Shown here one piece after another: positions 9,601 through 17,605 of a stretch of DNA of 64,000 nucleotides. A program made the position numbers and the translations under genes. Every line of letters begins with the position of its first letter. Positions within the stretch are counted from its first letter, which is position 1. Under the pieces are notes generated by a model. That model did no database searches. It was not told where the DNA came from and worked only from the letters and a program-made list of their open reading frames with translations. This DNA comes from Paludibacteraceae bacterium (lineage in GTDB: Bacteria > Bacteroidota > Bacteroidia > Bacteroidales > Paludibacteraceae), in contig JAZUIF010000107.1 in the NCBI GenBank assembly GCA_045642085.1, positions 267 through 64,266 on the forward strand. The letters run 5' to 3'.

Positions 9601-11584
9601 CGACCACGTCAACGCAGTTACGTTCCATCACATCTGTGATGTTGTTAGGATATTCATCTGAAGTCCAACCTGTACCTCCACGACACTCTATTCGTGCAGT
9701 AGTACAATATCTTCCTTGGTCGATATTATCATTTAGTCGACAAACGATCTTCATCGAGTCTATAGTTGGTTCTAGACCAGTTGTTGTCTTGAATCCAGAA
9801 AGAGTTGCTCTATCCCAAACAACAGAATCTCCACTAAGCTTACCCTTGTCAGATGAGACAAAGTCAAAACCTGCAGGAAGTCCAAATTTAACAATAGTAT
9901 TTTTAGCATCTACTGAACCATAGTTTCTTATATTAACTGTAAAGGTCACAGTATCTCCTGCAAATGCATAAGTCTTATCAACTTTGTGGTAAACTTTACA
10001 GTTAGCTTGAGGTACCATCTTCGAAGGAGCCTGGAAATTACCTGACAACACTAGCATACCGAGCAGTTTAAACCACTCATGGAAATAGACAGGAGATGAT
10101 GTCTCATAAGACTCAAAGTTTAAGTCGTCCCACGCAATGACACAATGACGAAACATCTGACCCATCAACTCGAAATCCTGAGCCGCAACAGCTGCAGGAG
10201 AACCAGCACCATGAATCCAGTTCAATGGGAATCCTTCTCCTATCTGCCCGTGAAAATCCATTTTATCGCGAAGAGTATATGGACCCCAAAACTTCAATCC
10301 CATATCACCGATGGCATTGCAATCGTTTCCCCATCTTTCGTCCTGAGGATTAGCTAAGAATTGCGCATAACGCATAGCCATATCTTTCTCGTAAGAATTT
10401 GAACCGCTCTCTACTTCATGACTTACAGGATTCCAAGTTGTAGTTGGGTTTCCATGCCATACATAATTCAAAATAGTTCTCCAACCAGCACGGAAGTCTT
10501 CTGAGAATTGAGCAGACGTAAACTTAAACTCTGTATCGCTAACAGATTCGACCTCTCCACAGACAGGAATTGTATTGTCACTAACTTCATATAGTTTTCT
10601 CATTAGATAGTCGGAAGATGCTTCGCATCGCTTACACTGGCTTATCTGCCATTCTGTAGATTTTGAATCCAACTCAAGGAATTTTGCATACTCATTGAAA
10701 TACGCAGGTGCCAAGTAGTCAAAATATAATTTCTGAGATCCACCATTCTCTGGCACATATCCTTTATATGTCTTTCCTGAGCCATTTGTCATCCACGTTG
10801 TCAAATTTGCTTGATGAGACCCTCCCTTCAAATAACCATCAAATCCAACATCTCCAGATACATATTTCCCTAATCCGTTATAGTCGACAGGATCAACCAT
10901 CGCACGGATATACTTCAGTGCCTCCTCTTTATAATTAAGTTCTCCGAATCGTGTTTGAATACCAGATTTTTCACCCCACTGTTTGGCTGCGATCAAAAGA
11001 GCCAATGCAATATCCACATCACCGTCTGTTGCAGACGCACTAGCTGAATTGTAGCTACCTAACGCCATTCCAGAACCTGCACCGAAAGCTCCGGAACCGT
11101 TCAACCCCTTAGAGTAACCATCATAGCTATTTGTACCTCCATCATAAAAACGCTCAGTACCAATAAACATACGGTCGTGCATACTCATATAGTAGCCGTC
11201 AAAATATGCTTTGTCTCCAAAAATGGCAGATGGCAACAAATAGTAACCGTCTCCCTCCGCACACTCACAGTGAGTTTCGGCATTCTTCGCGTCTGGAATC
11301 AAATACTGGACACCATCAACCTCATAACCATGCTCCATAGTATTGTTACAAATGTGTTGCCATGCGTCCAACATTCTTCTTTCCATCTCCGCATGAGTCA
11401 CACCTGGAGCATTATGTGTCGCCAATGACTTACATTCTGGAGAATAATCCATGAACTGAGGGAATGGGAATGCGGGATTTCCCGTATTGACATGAGCTTC
11501 TACACGTGCACTTGCTATATGTGCTGACATTGCTAATGCCGTTGTCGCTCCAAAATATATTAATTTACGCATTATACCTTTCAT
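3692..11584 (-). CDS. Giant secreted protein: signal peptide, GH8 catalytic domain, DUF11/CARDB-like and LamG-like modules, long array of Cys-containing Ig-like repeats, T9SS type B (gliding-motility C-terminal) sorting domain
   Basis: 2630 aa. ATDGDVDIALALLIAAKQW (nt 10976-11032) fits the PROSITE GH8 signature exactly. AEGDGYY resembles the GH8 acid motif. C-terminus has TPNGDGKNDAF, typical of TIGR04131. Confidence 0.85.
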   Translation of the reverse strand: MKGIMRKLIYFGATTALAMSAHIASARVEAHVNTGNPAFPFPQFMDYSPECKSLATHNAPGVTHAEMERRMLDAWQHICNNTMEHGYEVDGVQYLIPDAKNAETHCECAEGDGYYLLPSAIFGDKAYFDGYYMSMHDRMFIGTERFYDGGTNSYDGYSKGLNGSGAFGAGSGMALGSYNSASASATDGDVDIALALLIAAKQWGEKSGIQTRFGELNYKEEALKYIRAMVDPVDYNGLGKYVSGDVGFDGYLKGGSHQANLTTWMTNGSGKTYKGYVPENGGSQKLYFDYLAPAYFNEYAKFLELDSKSTEWQISQCKRCEASSDYLMRKLYEVSDNTIPVCGEVESVSDTEFKFTSAQFSEDFRAGWRTILNYVWHGNPTTTWNPVSHEVESGSNSYEKDMAMRYAQFLANPQDERWGNDCNAIGDMGLKFWGPYTLRDKMDFHGQIGEGFPLNWIHGAGSPAAVAAQDFELMGQMFRHCVIAWDDLNFESYETSSPVYFHEWFKLLGMLVLSGNFQAPSKMVPQANCKVYHKVDKTYAFAGDTVTFTVNIRNYGSVDAKNTIVKFGLPAGFDFVSSDKGKLSGDSVVWDRATLSGFKTTTGLEPTIDSMKIVCRLNDNIDQGRYCTTARIECRGGTGWTSDEYPNNITDVMERNCVDVVARALKIDKKANRDKINPDNIAQFKINFENSAEAGWINGGRPGVRLSYGHLPVANPEATDQIVSFYRLFNDADEAYINYGNYRVSYYMYDPSLICFSGTNGCDVGWAMACDFYQGGLKEALKITHETTVEGEDPERPGKKYNQRIIVQFADQLATVSQHLQQYASSDKGDGLHVHEGGGATLLLNMRMACSQGGKMFDLTDDWSYSDEWASSKQNDLHYPIIYDNTDPNNLDQPITSWDRHSCGTPEKYCDRILVEEWDGYTWRRVLGNGPMPGRDVYNVVLRDTLPKGMEFLEFVGACPLEEFGGSWKTEKTSDGRDVVVWTINRMMIKQKGTITYNANITFPSGAECKSDDEDIINRAWIWGDKESKIYGADTITVTCSKVPEPRIKSTLEKTVDKEKVQKEDVVEYTLNYEQTHGAIFENAESKSSDWDLNAFSISDGNVTTVSNQTGTAKYKYSKGKNFHIKMDLNPATYATFQILLRQGSANPISMQIKPDLSQRVLMVTTYQGSTVKQPMEEVLFKGSTEPISVILDLNSDVLRMWVNKDTTSGYNYSVTGLADGEGYFGFKNGSMEGQDSYGTHKFTNIHVHTDYAYDLRIIDRKPEEIKFISADEGGELLGDSIVWEFEQGIDNPIPFGTKYKVTWKGMVENCDELVINYAYVHLLGHKDGTIEDDAVSKCVSEDCEGVQKAELKFRDGEIVNTICDGDTAVLVAVGTPLSRNYKYQFFLDNEKLGELSSVDTLIVKKAGTYKVLISDPECPIASDKPSNTVTLKVNALPTAELTEKAIICEDESLDLSKYTDDDYTIKWYDNIMEPIEAGEISSDVVNTKYFYEFTDVNGCKGEKKEWNVTINEIPLPPIVEDIQELPLKDGVTKDISSMAIPSSGGSVVWFKTEEDALNNVNALDPSDRRADLSVEGPQDFFVREKSPAGCMSILAKVSVIITDSQKPDINDTTICVGEEIEVASLVKIEEGNTLVWFDEEGNETSDPGTYSSTESGSKEFTVAQKKGETLSEKISFSITTVDVAKLKEDVSKSYCAGDDASELKAEIDTEACPTCKTPTSYNWYREGTPITNLKPDTESQDVYYYEVEPVYKISENHQCIGPKVDYSVSVTLVPSAKPAHSIMYTLSDAVGNVFPSLTDKDPTAVVPTDNRSTLEWYTADGELIGDGTVAPSPTMDMVDSNSEVTPLKYKVKQVRNGCKSGFEDVIVNITKTPTPKPENVYFCDGETPEPIENYITFDAGYEPVWYDGDPLRGGMPTLNNEKPIINTTADPGKSETPREYFVAQRNSEGTSAAVPLKVIVYARPKIKAKNTTSCVEPVNTVDLWDRDASKHVEKTYFYVANIQMDLVSISVSRPDLQIAGYFVYKNTVDGDEKECLSAKENVSIEIHDLGAVKIEPEGDYAICPNSAAELSVSTTGEILGDSTLTYVWNKNNNATEDGKFLSDPITEETIFTVTLSDGICTKTFEKKVGITNGKIDGVIEISEAGSDKPDVKETASSDGAKFHSCGGDVTVVANVAGTDFVWDDPEGTANNTIVKNSGVYNLKYKDVNGCETGFAVEIIPTIIEDNTVVSDYTLCEGETVTLVSDITAGTGSPVVVWKKDGDVVETSTSLVLKKVKSDAQGEYTYEAELNGCKKSGVFGTVEVLPRPTYTIKDVDPVCVGNSEEIGLETLAPPTASVEWTSNPTLLSTGNTAVVTPENDETYTLTISQNGGCKIVENISVKVVKPIDFSINGNDTTVCVNNIGNLRFGLKIVEGDVLEYEWKDTNKDSVVSTSSVLKFNEKEVGIYKYTVTLTSEACRPETDDIEIVVAGTPLVDTVVNVDYHHVEIIPNNSYGDAPYVYKVDVEDFSSEEVVYVKYGHHVVVIKDNNGCMSEYEFETEAPDFEIPTVITPNGDGKNDAFISQVISEAYPDARVTIFDRYGKKLTEIKGDESWDGMYLGHKMPSTDYWYEIWIEEIRKKYVGHFTLINE

Positions 11585-11789
11585 GCAAATTAAATTTTAT
11601 TGAGTACCCTATTATTAGTGTTATGTTTTAGAATTCAACTTGCAAATATCTATTTTTTTTGCCGTATTTACAAATTTTAAGGAAAGTTTCGGAATTCCAA
11701 TTGTAGGGGTGCACATGCCACAATATTTGTAGGGGCAGACCTTGTGCCTACCCCAATAACAAATTGGGCATTAATGAAAAGCATATGGC

Positions 11790-11825
11790 ACAAAACAAAA
11801 AAAAGAGGAACATCTCTGTTCCTCT
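11790..11825 (-). terminator. Terminator after tRNA-Leu
   Basis: AGAGGAAC-N6-GTTCCTCT stem followed on the minus strand by a T run. Confidence 0.6.
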
Positions 11826-11828
11826 TTG

Positions 11829-11910
11829 TACCCAGACCCGGGATCGAACCGGGATGGGTTGCCCCACTGGTGTTTGAGACCAGCGCGTCTACCGATTCCG
11901 CCATCTGGGC
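11829..11910 (-). tRNA. tRNA-Leu (anticodon CAA), long variable arm
   Basis: GCCCAGATGGCGGAATCGGTAGACGC..CTCAAAC loop..GGTTCGATCCCGGGTCTGGGTA; acceptor stem pairs; class II variable arm. Confidence 0.93.
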
Positions 11911-11932
11911 ATTTCATTTCTGAATTGCGATG

Positions 11933-11940
11933 CAAAAGTA
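11933..11940 (-). promoter_or_regulatory. -7 box TACTTTTG for tRNA-Leu, with a leader shared with tRNA-fMet
   Basis: TAnnTTTG 22 nt upstream of the tRNA 5' end; followed by GCAATTCAGAAATGA, also present upstream of tRNA-fMet. Confidence 0.5.
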
Positions 11941-12054
11941 TAGCTCTTTTACGATTTGTGCAAGCCTTTTTAAGATTATTTTTAATAAATGTTTATAATT
12001 AAATATGATTCAACAATTTATAAATTTTGTCAAAACCATCAAACATGACTGGAA

Positions 12055-12090
12055 CAAACAAAAAAGACGGGCTGAAATTCAACCCGCCTA
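12055..12090 (-). terminator. Weak terminator after the WYL gene
   Basis: GACGGG/CCCGCC stem (one mismatch), 11-nt loop, T run on the minus strand. Confidence 0.4.
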
Positions 12091-12128
12091 TACTATAACT
12101 CTCAATTCGATATACTCTATTACTCCTT

Positions 12129-13088
12129 TTAGTAACGTTTCAACATATTCTCAATCATCTCCTTAATCTCATTCCTTAATGACTCTGGCGACAATACCTC
12201 TACCTGGTCTCCCTGCTGAAGGATAAGCTGCTTGAAGTCGAATGTCGGTCTGACAACCATCGAGAAATCAGTATAATCAGCCGTCTTACTTTCTATCTTC
12301 TGAGAATGATGAAACGGCAATGTCTCCATATAATCTATCGTTTTGTCATAAGCTCGAATCAAAACTTTCTGTTTAGATGCTCCACCAGTATAGACGCCAA
12401 CACTGCCATCAAAATATTCGTCGGGATCAAAGTCATTATTCGGCTTACACTTCTCATCGAGAATCTCAATGCTCTTTACTCTGTCAAGAGCGTAGACACG
12501 TATCGTATCCTTCAGCTCATCTAGCTTATGCTCCTTCTTTAGTCTATCGTTCTCCTCCACGTAATGAAGAGCTCGCACGACCACATACCAACGTCTGTTG
12601 GAGACCTTCAACAAATACGGCTCCACCTTAAATGTCTTCGGAGCGGGATCTCCAAACTTCTGATATGTCATCTCCACAACTTTGTTCTCTTTAATAGCTT
12701 TCATGAAGATCAAAGGCCATTTGTTGCCCGACGGAATCTCCTCATACTGAACCTTATTCTCCAAACTATTGTCGTTGTTGAGCTGGTTCAATAATGAAAA
12801 CGAATCCATCACCCATGATCTAATTGAGCTGTACTTAAGTTTTCCATCCGAACTCTCAATATGATACTTGTATCCTCTGCAATTTTCGTCAATCTCTATG
12901 TCCAAACCGAAAATCTCTTTAATAGCCTTACGATAGTTGTGGAAAGTTCGCTTGGCCAATTCCTGCCCTTCCCCTAAAAGTGGATTCTGCCACTTTTCGT
13001 CAATCTCCTCGAATGTCAGATGCCCTCCAGGAGTACTTCTAAACAAATCGATAAGCTTAATGTATTTTGCAATCTGATTTCCCGCCAT
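12129..13088 (-). CDS. WYL-domain transcriptional regulator (HTH + WYL + WCX, YafY/BrxR-like architecture)
   Basis: 319 aa; N-terminal HTH-like region, RRWYVVV and YALDRV motifs typical of WYL domains, C-terminal VEVLSPESLR. Confidence 0.75.
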   Translation of the reverse strand: MAGNQIAKYIKLIDLFRSTPGGHLTFEEIDEKWQNPLLGEGQELAKRTFHNYRKAIKEIFGLDIEIDENCRGYKYHIESSDGKLKYSSIRSWVMDSFSLLNQLNNDNSLENKVQYEEIPSGNKWPLIFMKAIKENKVVEMTYQKFGDPAPKTFKVEPYLLKVSNRRWYVVVRALHYVEENDRLKKEHKLDELKDTIRVYALDRVKSIEILDEKCKPNNDFDPDEYFDGSVGVYTGGASKQKVLIRAYDKTIDYMETLPFHHSQKIESKTADYTDFSMVVRPTFDFKQLILQQGDQVEVLSPESLRNEIKEMIENMLKRY

Positions 13089-13146
13089 AGTCCTTACCTT
13101 TTTAGCAAATGTAAATAAAAGTTATGAAATAAAAAAGCACAGGTTT

Positions 13147-13180
13147 AAAAAACTAAAACCGCCAGGTCTATGCCTGACGG
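13147..13180 (-). terminator. Terminator between the small ORF and the WYL gene
   Basis: CCGCCAGG-N6-CCTGACGG stem (one mismatch) followed on the minus strand by a T run. Confidence 0.5.
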
Positions 13181-13219
13181 ATTTAAATAGTAGTATGTAG
13201 TTAATTATTTTTCATTTTT

Positions 13220-13420
13220 TCATTGACTAAAGCTCAGTTTTTCATACTCTAAAATACCCTTTTCTCTTTTTTCGCACTCTAATAACTTTAATAATCCAAA
13301 ATAGTCCTTAAGTCCTTTTAATAATGTGTCCCTTTTCCAAAATCCTTTTACGTCTCTCCAATTCCCTAAAGAGATTTTAATTAAAAACGTCAGCGTGGGA
13401 ATTGCGCCATCATGCAACAC
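13220..13420 (-). CDS. Hypothetical 66-aa Lys/Leu-rich protein (GTG start), or a non-coding transcript
   Basis: A 201-nt open frame in a very AT-rich stretch, bracketed by a TAnnTTTG box and a terminator; no recognisable family. Confidence 0.3.
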   Translation of the reverse strand: MLHDGAIPTLTFLIKISLGNWRDVKGFWKRDTLLKGLKDYFGLLKLLECEKREKGILEYEKLSFSQ

Positions 13421-13440
13421 TGTTTTTTTAACGTTTTTAA

Positions 13441-13448
13441 CAAAAGTA
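13441..13448 (-). promoter_or_regulatory. -7 box TACTTTTG upstream of the small ORF
   Basis: TAnnTTTG about 21 nt upstream of the GTG at 13420. Confidence 0.35.
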
Positions 13449-13773
13449 TAGCAAAAAATAAATAATTGTTAACAAAACTATATGCCCTTCAACATCTAAT
13501 TTTGACAAAAATTATACATTGCTAATAATCAGTAATTTACGCACTCTTCCAATTTTATGTTATAGAAAAGTGTTTTTTGCAACGATGATTTATGTCGATT
13601 TAGTTTAAATATTGATATACAATTAGATAAAGCATAGAAATTATAAAAAATCTGATTTATAAAAAACTTTTTTGATAAAACTAATACAATAATTTTTTGA
13701 TTCTTACGTTATATAAAATACTTACTTCACTTAGATTTTTAAGCAAAAGGATGTATTATTCCATTAATAATTC

Positions 13774-13781
13774 TAATTTTG
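13774..13781 (+). promoter_or_regulatory. -7 box TAATTTTG upstream of the GH16 gene
   Basis: TAnnTTTG 28 nt upstream of the ATG at 13810. Confidence 0.45.
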
Positions 13782-13809
13782 AATAAAGAAAAACCAAAAA
13801 ACTACTTAA

Positions 13810-14658
13810 ATGAAAAGGACTAAATTATTCAGTTTGCTTTGCATAAGCTTTATGCTTGGCAATACTTCTTGCTCGAAAGACGATGAGGAAGAAAACGACA
13901 ATGGCAAACAAGAAACTGTAACTCCTCCTACTAATATAACTGAGTATGAGAGAGCCGAGACAGCTAAATACAACTTCTATGGAGCTGAGTTGCTGTCGAA
14001 AGAATCATTCAAATATGGAAAGTTTGAAGCCAAGATGAAAATGGCTTACGCTCCTGGCTGCATCAGCTCAATGTTCCTTTACTACAACAATTCTTATAAA
14101 GGCGGCACTGAGATATGGAATGAGATAGATATCGAGGTGATTGGTAAAGAACCAAACGGTTTCCAGTCGAACATCATTACGGGTAAGAAAGAGAAGCAGA
14201 TCACAACAGAAAGCGTACATAAGTTTGCGACTCCTGTCTCAAATGATTTCCATCTCTACACTGTGGAGTGGACTCCTGATTATGTGGCATGGTATTTCGA
14301 CGGCGAACTTATCAGAAAGAATGATTCATCCAACGACCCTAAGAAGCAGGTTGAAGCCTTAGTTGAATCTCAGAGTCTACGTTTCAACATCTGGTCGAGC
14401 AAGAGTGAAGCTTGGGTTGGTCCGCTTAACGAAAAGAACATTCCTATCTCACAGGAAATTGATTATATCAAGGTTTACGACTATGTGGAAGAGACAGGTT
14501 CATTCACAGAGAGATGGACAGACGATTTTGATTCCTTCGACAGTAATCGTTGGAGCAAAGGAAACTGGCAAATGGAAAATGTGGTGGAGCGAGTAAACAA
14601 CGTTGTGGTTGAGGATGGAATCCTAAAGCTAAAACTTACAAAAGAGTTGAAGAAATAA
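13810..14658 (+). CDS. GH16 beta-glucanase (laminarinase/licheninase type) lipoprotein
   Basis: Lipobox LGNTSC; GH16 catalytic motif EIDIEV; jelly-roll-like length of 282 aa. Confidence 0.9.
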   Translation: MKRTKLFSLLCISFMLGNTSCSKDDEEENDNGKQETVTPPTNITEYERAETAKYNFYGAELLSKESFKYGKFEAKMKMAYAPGCISSMFLYYNNSYKGGTEIWNEIDIEVIGKEPNGFQSNIITGKKEKQITTESVHKFATPVSNDFHLYTVEWTPDYVAWYFDGELIRKNDSSNDPKKQVEALVESQSLRFNIWSSKSEAWVGPLNEKNIPISQEIDYIKVYDYVEETGSFTERWTDDFDSFDSNRWSKGNWQMENVVERVNNVVVEDGILKLKLTKELKK

Positions 14659-14668
14659 AATCTATTGC

Positions 14669-14700
14669 GGCTGGCACAGTAAATGGCCAGTCGTTTTATT
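14669..14700 (+). terminator. Terminator after the GH16 gene
   Basis: GGCTGGC/GCCAGTC stem followed by GTTTTATTT. Confidence 0.5.
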
Positions 14701-14706
14701 TAGTAC

Positions 14707-14744
14707 TAAAATAGGCGACACGAGAAATCGCGTCGCCTATTTTA
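14707..14744 (-). terminator. Strong bidirectional terminator after the PfkB kinase gene
   Basis: AATAGGCGACACG-N6-CGCGTCGCCTATT flanked by A and T runs. Confidence 0.7.
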
Positions 14745-14770
14745 GTATTCGTTTTTATTTTCGTCTTCGT

Positions 14771-15724
14771 TTATTCCTCATCTACTGGAATAGGATTCTG
14801 CTTGCTGTACTCCTCACAGAATTCCTTAGATGCGTAATTGTCGAGAGTCGTACAGACAAATGATGAGAAGTCGATTGCACATTTCACAACCATATCCCAC
14901 TTAGCTTCATTCATACCACTTTTCAACTCATCAAAAGTGACTCCAGCAGCAAGTAGACCGTACACCACTCCAGCATTGAAATTGTCGCCAGCACCAACTG
15001 TGCTTACCACCTCAACCTTCTTGGCATCGTAGTGCTTCTTGACGCCCTTGCCATACACAGTCACACCGTTTGAGCCTTGTGTGTAAATGAAATTCTTGCT
15101 GTAGAATTCAATATGCTCCTTGTATGTCTGGTCAGGATCTGTTTCAGAGAAGATATTATCAAAGTCTTCGTCACTTCCCTTAATAATATTGGCATAATCG
15201 AAATTGTCGAGAATGTTAGGCATCAAGAAACGAACCTGATTCTTGCGATTCTTACGGAAATTGACATCGTAATAGATGATAGCTTTCTTTCGTTTAGCCT
15301 CATCTAGCAAATATGTAAGATTATCTCTCAATGCGTCGTTGATAGAGAAGAACGATCCGATCATAATGACATCGTTTTCCTCAATCTTTGGCATCACATA
15401 ATCAAGTTTCTGAGATGCATCATACTTATAGAATAGGTAATCAGCATTCATGTTCTCATCAAGAAACGCAAGCGACAACGCTGTCTTTCCTCCGTCGTAG
15501 TCGTATACATTATCCGACTTAACATTGTTCTCTGCCAAGAATTCCTTGATCTGTTTTCCTAGACGATCACGTCCCACCTCGCTTATAAACTCAGTGTCGA
15601 CACCAAGTCGGCCAAGTGTTATCATAGAGTTGAATGTCGACCCACCTGGTTTTGCTGCAGTAGGTTGATCATTCTTAAAAATGATGTCTAGAATTGTTTC
15701 GCCTATACCAATAACTTTCCTCAT
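14771..15724 (-). CDS. PfkB-family carbohydrate kinase (fructokinase-like)
   Basis: 317 aa; C-terminal PfkB signature GAGDNFNAG, N-terminal GG region. Confidence 0.85.
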   Translation of the reverse strand: MRKVIGIGETILDIIFKNDQPTAAKPGGSTFNSMITLGRLGVDTEFISEVGRDRLGKQIKEFLAENNVKSDNVYDYDGGKTALSLAFLDENMNADYLFYKYDASQKLDYVMPKIEENDVIMIGSFFSINDALRDNLTYLLDEAKRKKAIIYYDVNFRKNRKNQVRFLMPNILDNFDYANIIKGSDEDFDNIFSETDPDQTYKEHIEFYSKNFIYTQGSNGVTVYGKGVKKHYDAKKVEVVSTVGAGDNFNAGVVYGLLAAGVTFDELKSGMNEAKWDMVVKCAIDFSSFVCTTLDNYASKEFCEEYSKQNPIPVDEE

Positions 15725-15739
15725 ATCAGTTCGTATTTA

Positions 15740-16813
15740 TTATAGTTTTGCACTTCTGTTTGCCAAAATTGCATCCAGGATGACCATTGCCGACATTGCC
15801 TCAACGATAGGCACTGCGCGTGGCAATACACATGGATCATGGCGGCCTCTAGCCTTGATGATGGCATCCTCACCAGCCTTGTTCACTGTGTTCTGCTCGA
15901 AAAGCAGTGTTGGAATTGGTTTGAATGCAGCTCTGAAGTAGATATCCTCACCGTTGGAGATTCCTCCCTGGATACCACCTGAGTGATTTGTTGTAGTGCG
16001 GATCTTTCCGTCGACATTAGCAAATCTGTCGTTCATCTGAGATCCTCTTCCTCCTACTCCCTCGAAGCCCATACCATATTCGAAACCCTTGCAGGCATTG
16101 ATGCTTAGGATGGCTGCTCCAAGACGAGCATGAAGTTTACCAAACGCAGGATCTCCAAGTCCGACTGGACATCCCTTGATAACGCATGTGATCACTCCAC
16201 CGATTGTGTCGCCTTCAGCCTTCACCTGCTTGATAAGCTCAATCATCTGCTCAGCTTTTACAGCGTCTGGGCAACGAACAATATTGCTCTCAATCTGGTT
16301 CAAATCGTATTTAGTGTAATCGGAATCAAGCTTGATATCGCCAGCCTGTGATGTGTAGGCGAAAATCTGAATGCCAAAATGCTTCAACGCAAGCTTGGCA
16401 AACGCACCTCCCACCACGCGTGAGATAGTCTCACGTGCTGATGATCTACCACCTCCACGATGATCGCGGATACCGTATTTAGTCTGGTAAGTATAGTCGG
16501 CATGCGACGGACGATAAAGATTCTTCATCTCCTCATAGTCCGACGAATGCTGATTCTCGTTGCGTACCTCGAATGCGATAGGTGTTCCTGTCGACACTCC
16601 TTCATATACACCTGAAAGAATCTCAACCTTATCTCCCTCCGCACGGGCAGTAGTGATAGCACTCTGTCCGGGGCGACGACGGTTAAGCTCTGCCTGTATG
16701 AAATCAACGTCTATCTCCACTCCTGCTGGAAAACCATCGATAATACCGCCGACAGCAGCTCCGTGGCTCTCTCCATATGTGGTAAGACGAAAAATATCTC
16801 CTATTGTATTCAT
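15740..16813 (-). CDS. aroC: Chorismate synthase
   Basis: 357 aa; N-terminal [11 protein letters not shown] and full-length chorismate synthase pattern. Confidence 0.97.
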   Translation of the reverse strand: MNTIGDIFRLTTYGESHGAAVGGIIDGFPAGVEIDVDFIQAELNRRRPGQSAITTARAEGDKVEILSGVYEGVSTGTPIAFEVRNENQHSSDYEEMKNLYRPSHADYTYQTKYGIRDHRGGGRSSARETISRVVGGAFAKLALKHFGIQIFAYTSQAGDIKLDSDYTKYDLNQIESNIVRCPDAVKAEQMIELIKQVKAEGDTIGGVITCVIKGCPVGLGDPAFGKLHARLGAAILSINACKGFEYGMGFEGVGGRGSQMNDRFANVDGKIRTTTNHSGGIQGGISNGEDIYFRAAFKPIPTLLFEQNTVNKAGEDAIIKARGRHDPCVLPRAVPIVEAMSAMVILDAILANRSAKL

Positions 16814-16846
16814 TTAATTCGATTTTATTTGATAATTATATACGAG

Positions 16847-16939
16847 TTGTCCAAACACGCTTATTTTTTATACGCTCGCCCTCCGGGCTCGCGTTGGTGG
16901 GGTGGTTAGGGCGTTCCGCCCTTAACAATCCTCATTTTG
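16847..16939 (+). repeat. Copy A of a ~95-bp dispersed element (TTGTCCAAACACG ... CCCTTAACAATCCTCATTTTG)
   Basis: Both ends are near-identical to the reverse complement of 62847-62943; the middle part is variable. Confidence 0.6.
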
Positions 16940-16957
16940 AACAACTACCATATAATT

Positions 16958-17587
16958 TTATTTGCCGCAATTGCAGTTGCCTTCTCCTTCACCGTGGCAT
17001 CCACCGCCACAACCGCCTTCACAATTGCCGTTGCAACCACCTTCACCGCTGTGGCATCCACCACCGCAACCTCCACATCCGCCGCCGCATCCGTGGTGAC
17101 CTTTTACAAGCTCGATCTCAAACTCAGTGGCTGGACGCTCCTCCTTCACCTCTCCTTTGAAATGAAGACGCTCGCCAGCAAGCGGATGGTTGAAATCCAT
17201 CTTCACATTCGCGTCTGTGATCTCAACAACCTTTCCGTTCATTCTGTGACCCTCTGCTGACATCATTGGAAGGATATTGCCTACGAAAAGAATATTCTCG
17301 TCGATCTCACCCTTCTCATTCTTGAAGATAGATTTGCCAAGATCGACACAAAGATCCTCTACATAATCACCATATGCATCCTCTGTGTTGATGTAGAAAT
17401 CGAATGTATCACCCTGAACCTTGCCATACAATGCCTCCTCAAACTTTGGAAGCACCATTCCAAGACCAGTTGTGAATCTGAAAAGCTGATCGTCTGGAGT
17501 CTCCTCTAACATCACCTCTTCACCATCATTTCCTACGTAAAGTGTATATTTTAATTGAACGAAAATGTTCTCTTTGCTGATTGCCAT
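16958..17587 (-). CDS. slyD: SlyD-type FKBP peptidyl-prolyl isomerase with a Cys/Gly/His-rich C-terminal tail
   Basis: FKBP plus IF-insert pattern (NHPLAGERLHF); 50-aa tail GHHGCGGGCGGCGGGCHSGEGGCNGNCEGGCGGGCHGEGEGNCNCGK. Confidence 0.85.
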   Translation of the reverse strand: MAISKENIFVQLKYTLYVGNDGEEVMLEETPDDQLFRFTTGLGMVLPKFEEALYGKVQGDTFDFYINTEDAYGDYVEDLCVDLGKSIFKNEKGEIDENILFVGNILPMMSAEGHRMNGKVVEITDANVKMDFNHPLAGERLHFKGEVKEERPATEFEIELVKGHHGCGGGCGGCGGGCHSGEGGCNGNCEGGCGGGCHGEGEGNCNCGK

Positions 17588-17605
17588 GATAATTTGATTT
17601 ATTGT

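Noticed and set aside
4130-11428. Many plus-strand ORFs of 60-237 aa (for example 5609..6322 and 4230..4730) inside the giant minus-strand gene
   Set aside because: They are shadow frames of a continuous 2630-codon gene with recognisable domains. They have low-complexity or odd composition and no promoter boxes or family matches.
11677-11904. 75-aa ORF over tRNA-Leu, and the ORFs 33140..33409 and 33166..33444 over tRNA-fMet
   Set aside because: They overlap well-formed tRNA genes and GTAGGGGC-type palindromes. These are typical spurious calls.
11829-13809. tRNA-Leu plus the WYL gene plus the AT-rich gap, considered as an integrated genomic island
   Set aside because: I could not find an integrase, a mobility gene or a direct repeat of the tRNA 3' end. 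The WYL gene also lies on the 5' side of the tRNA, not the usual integration side.
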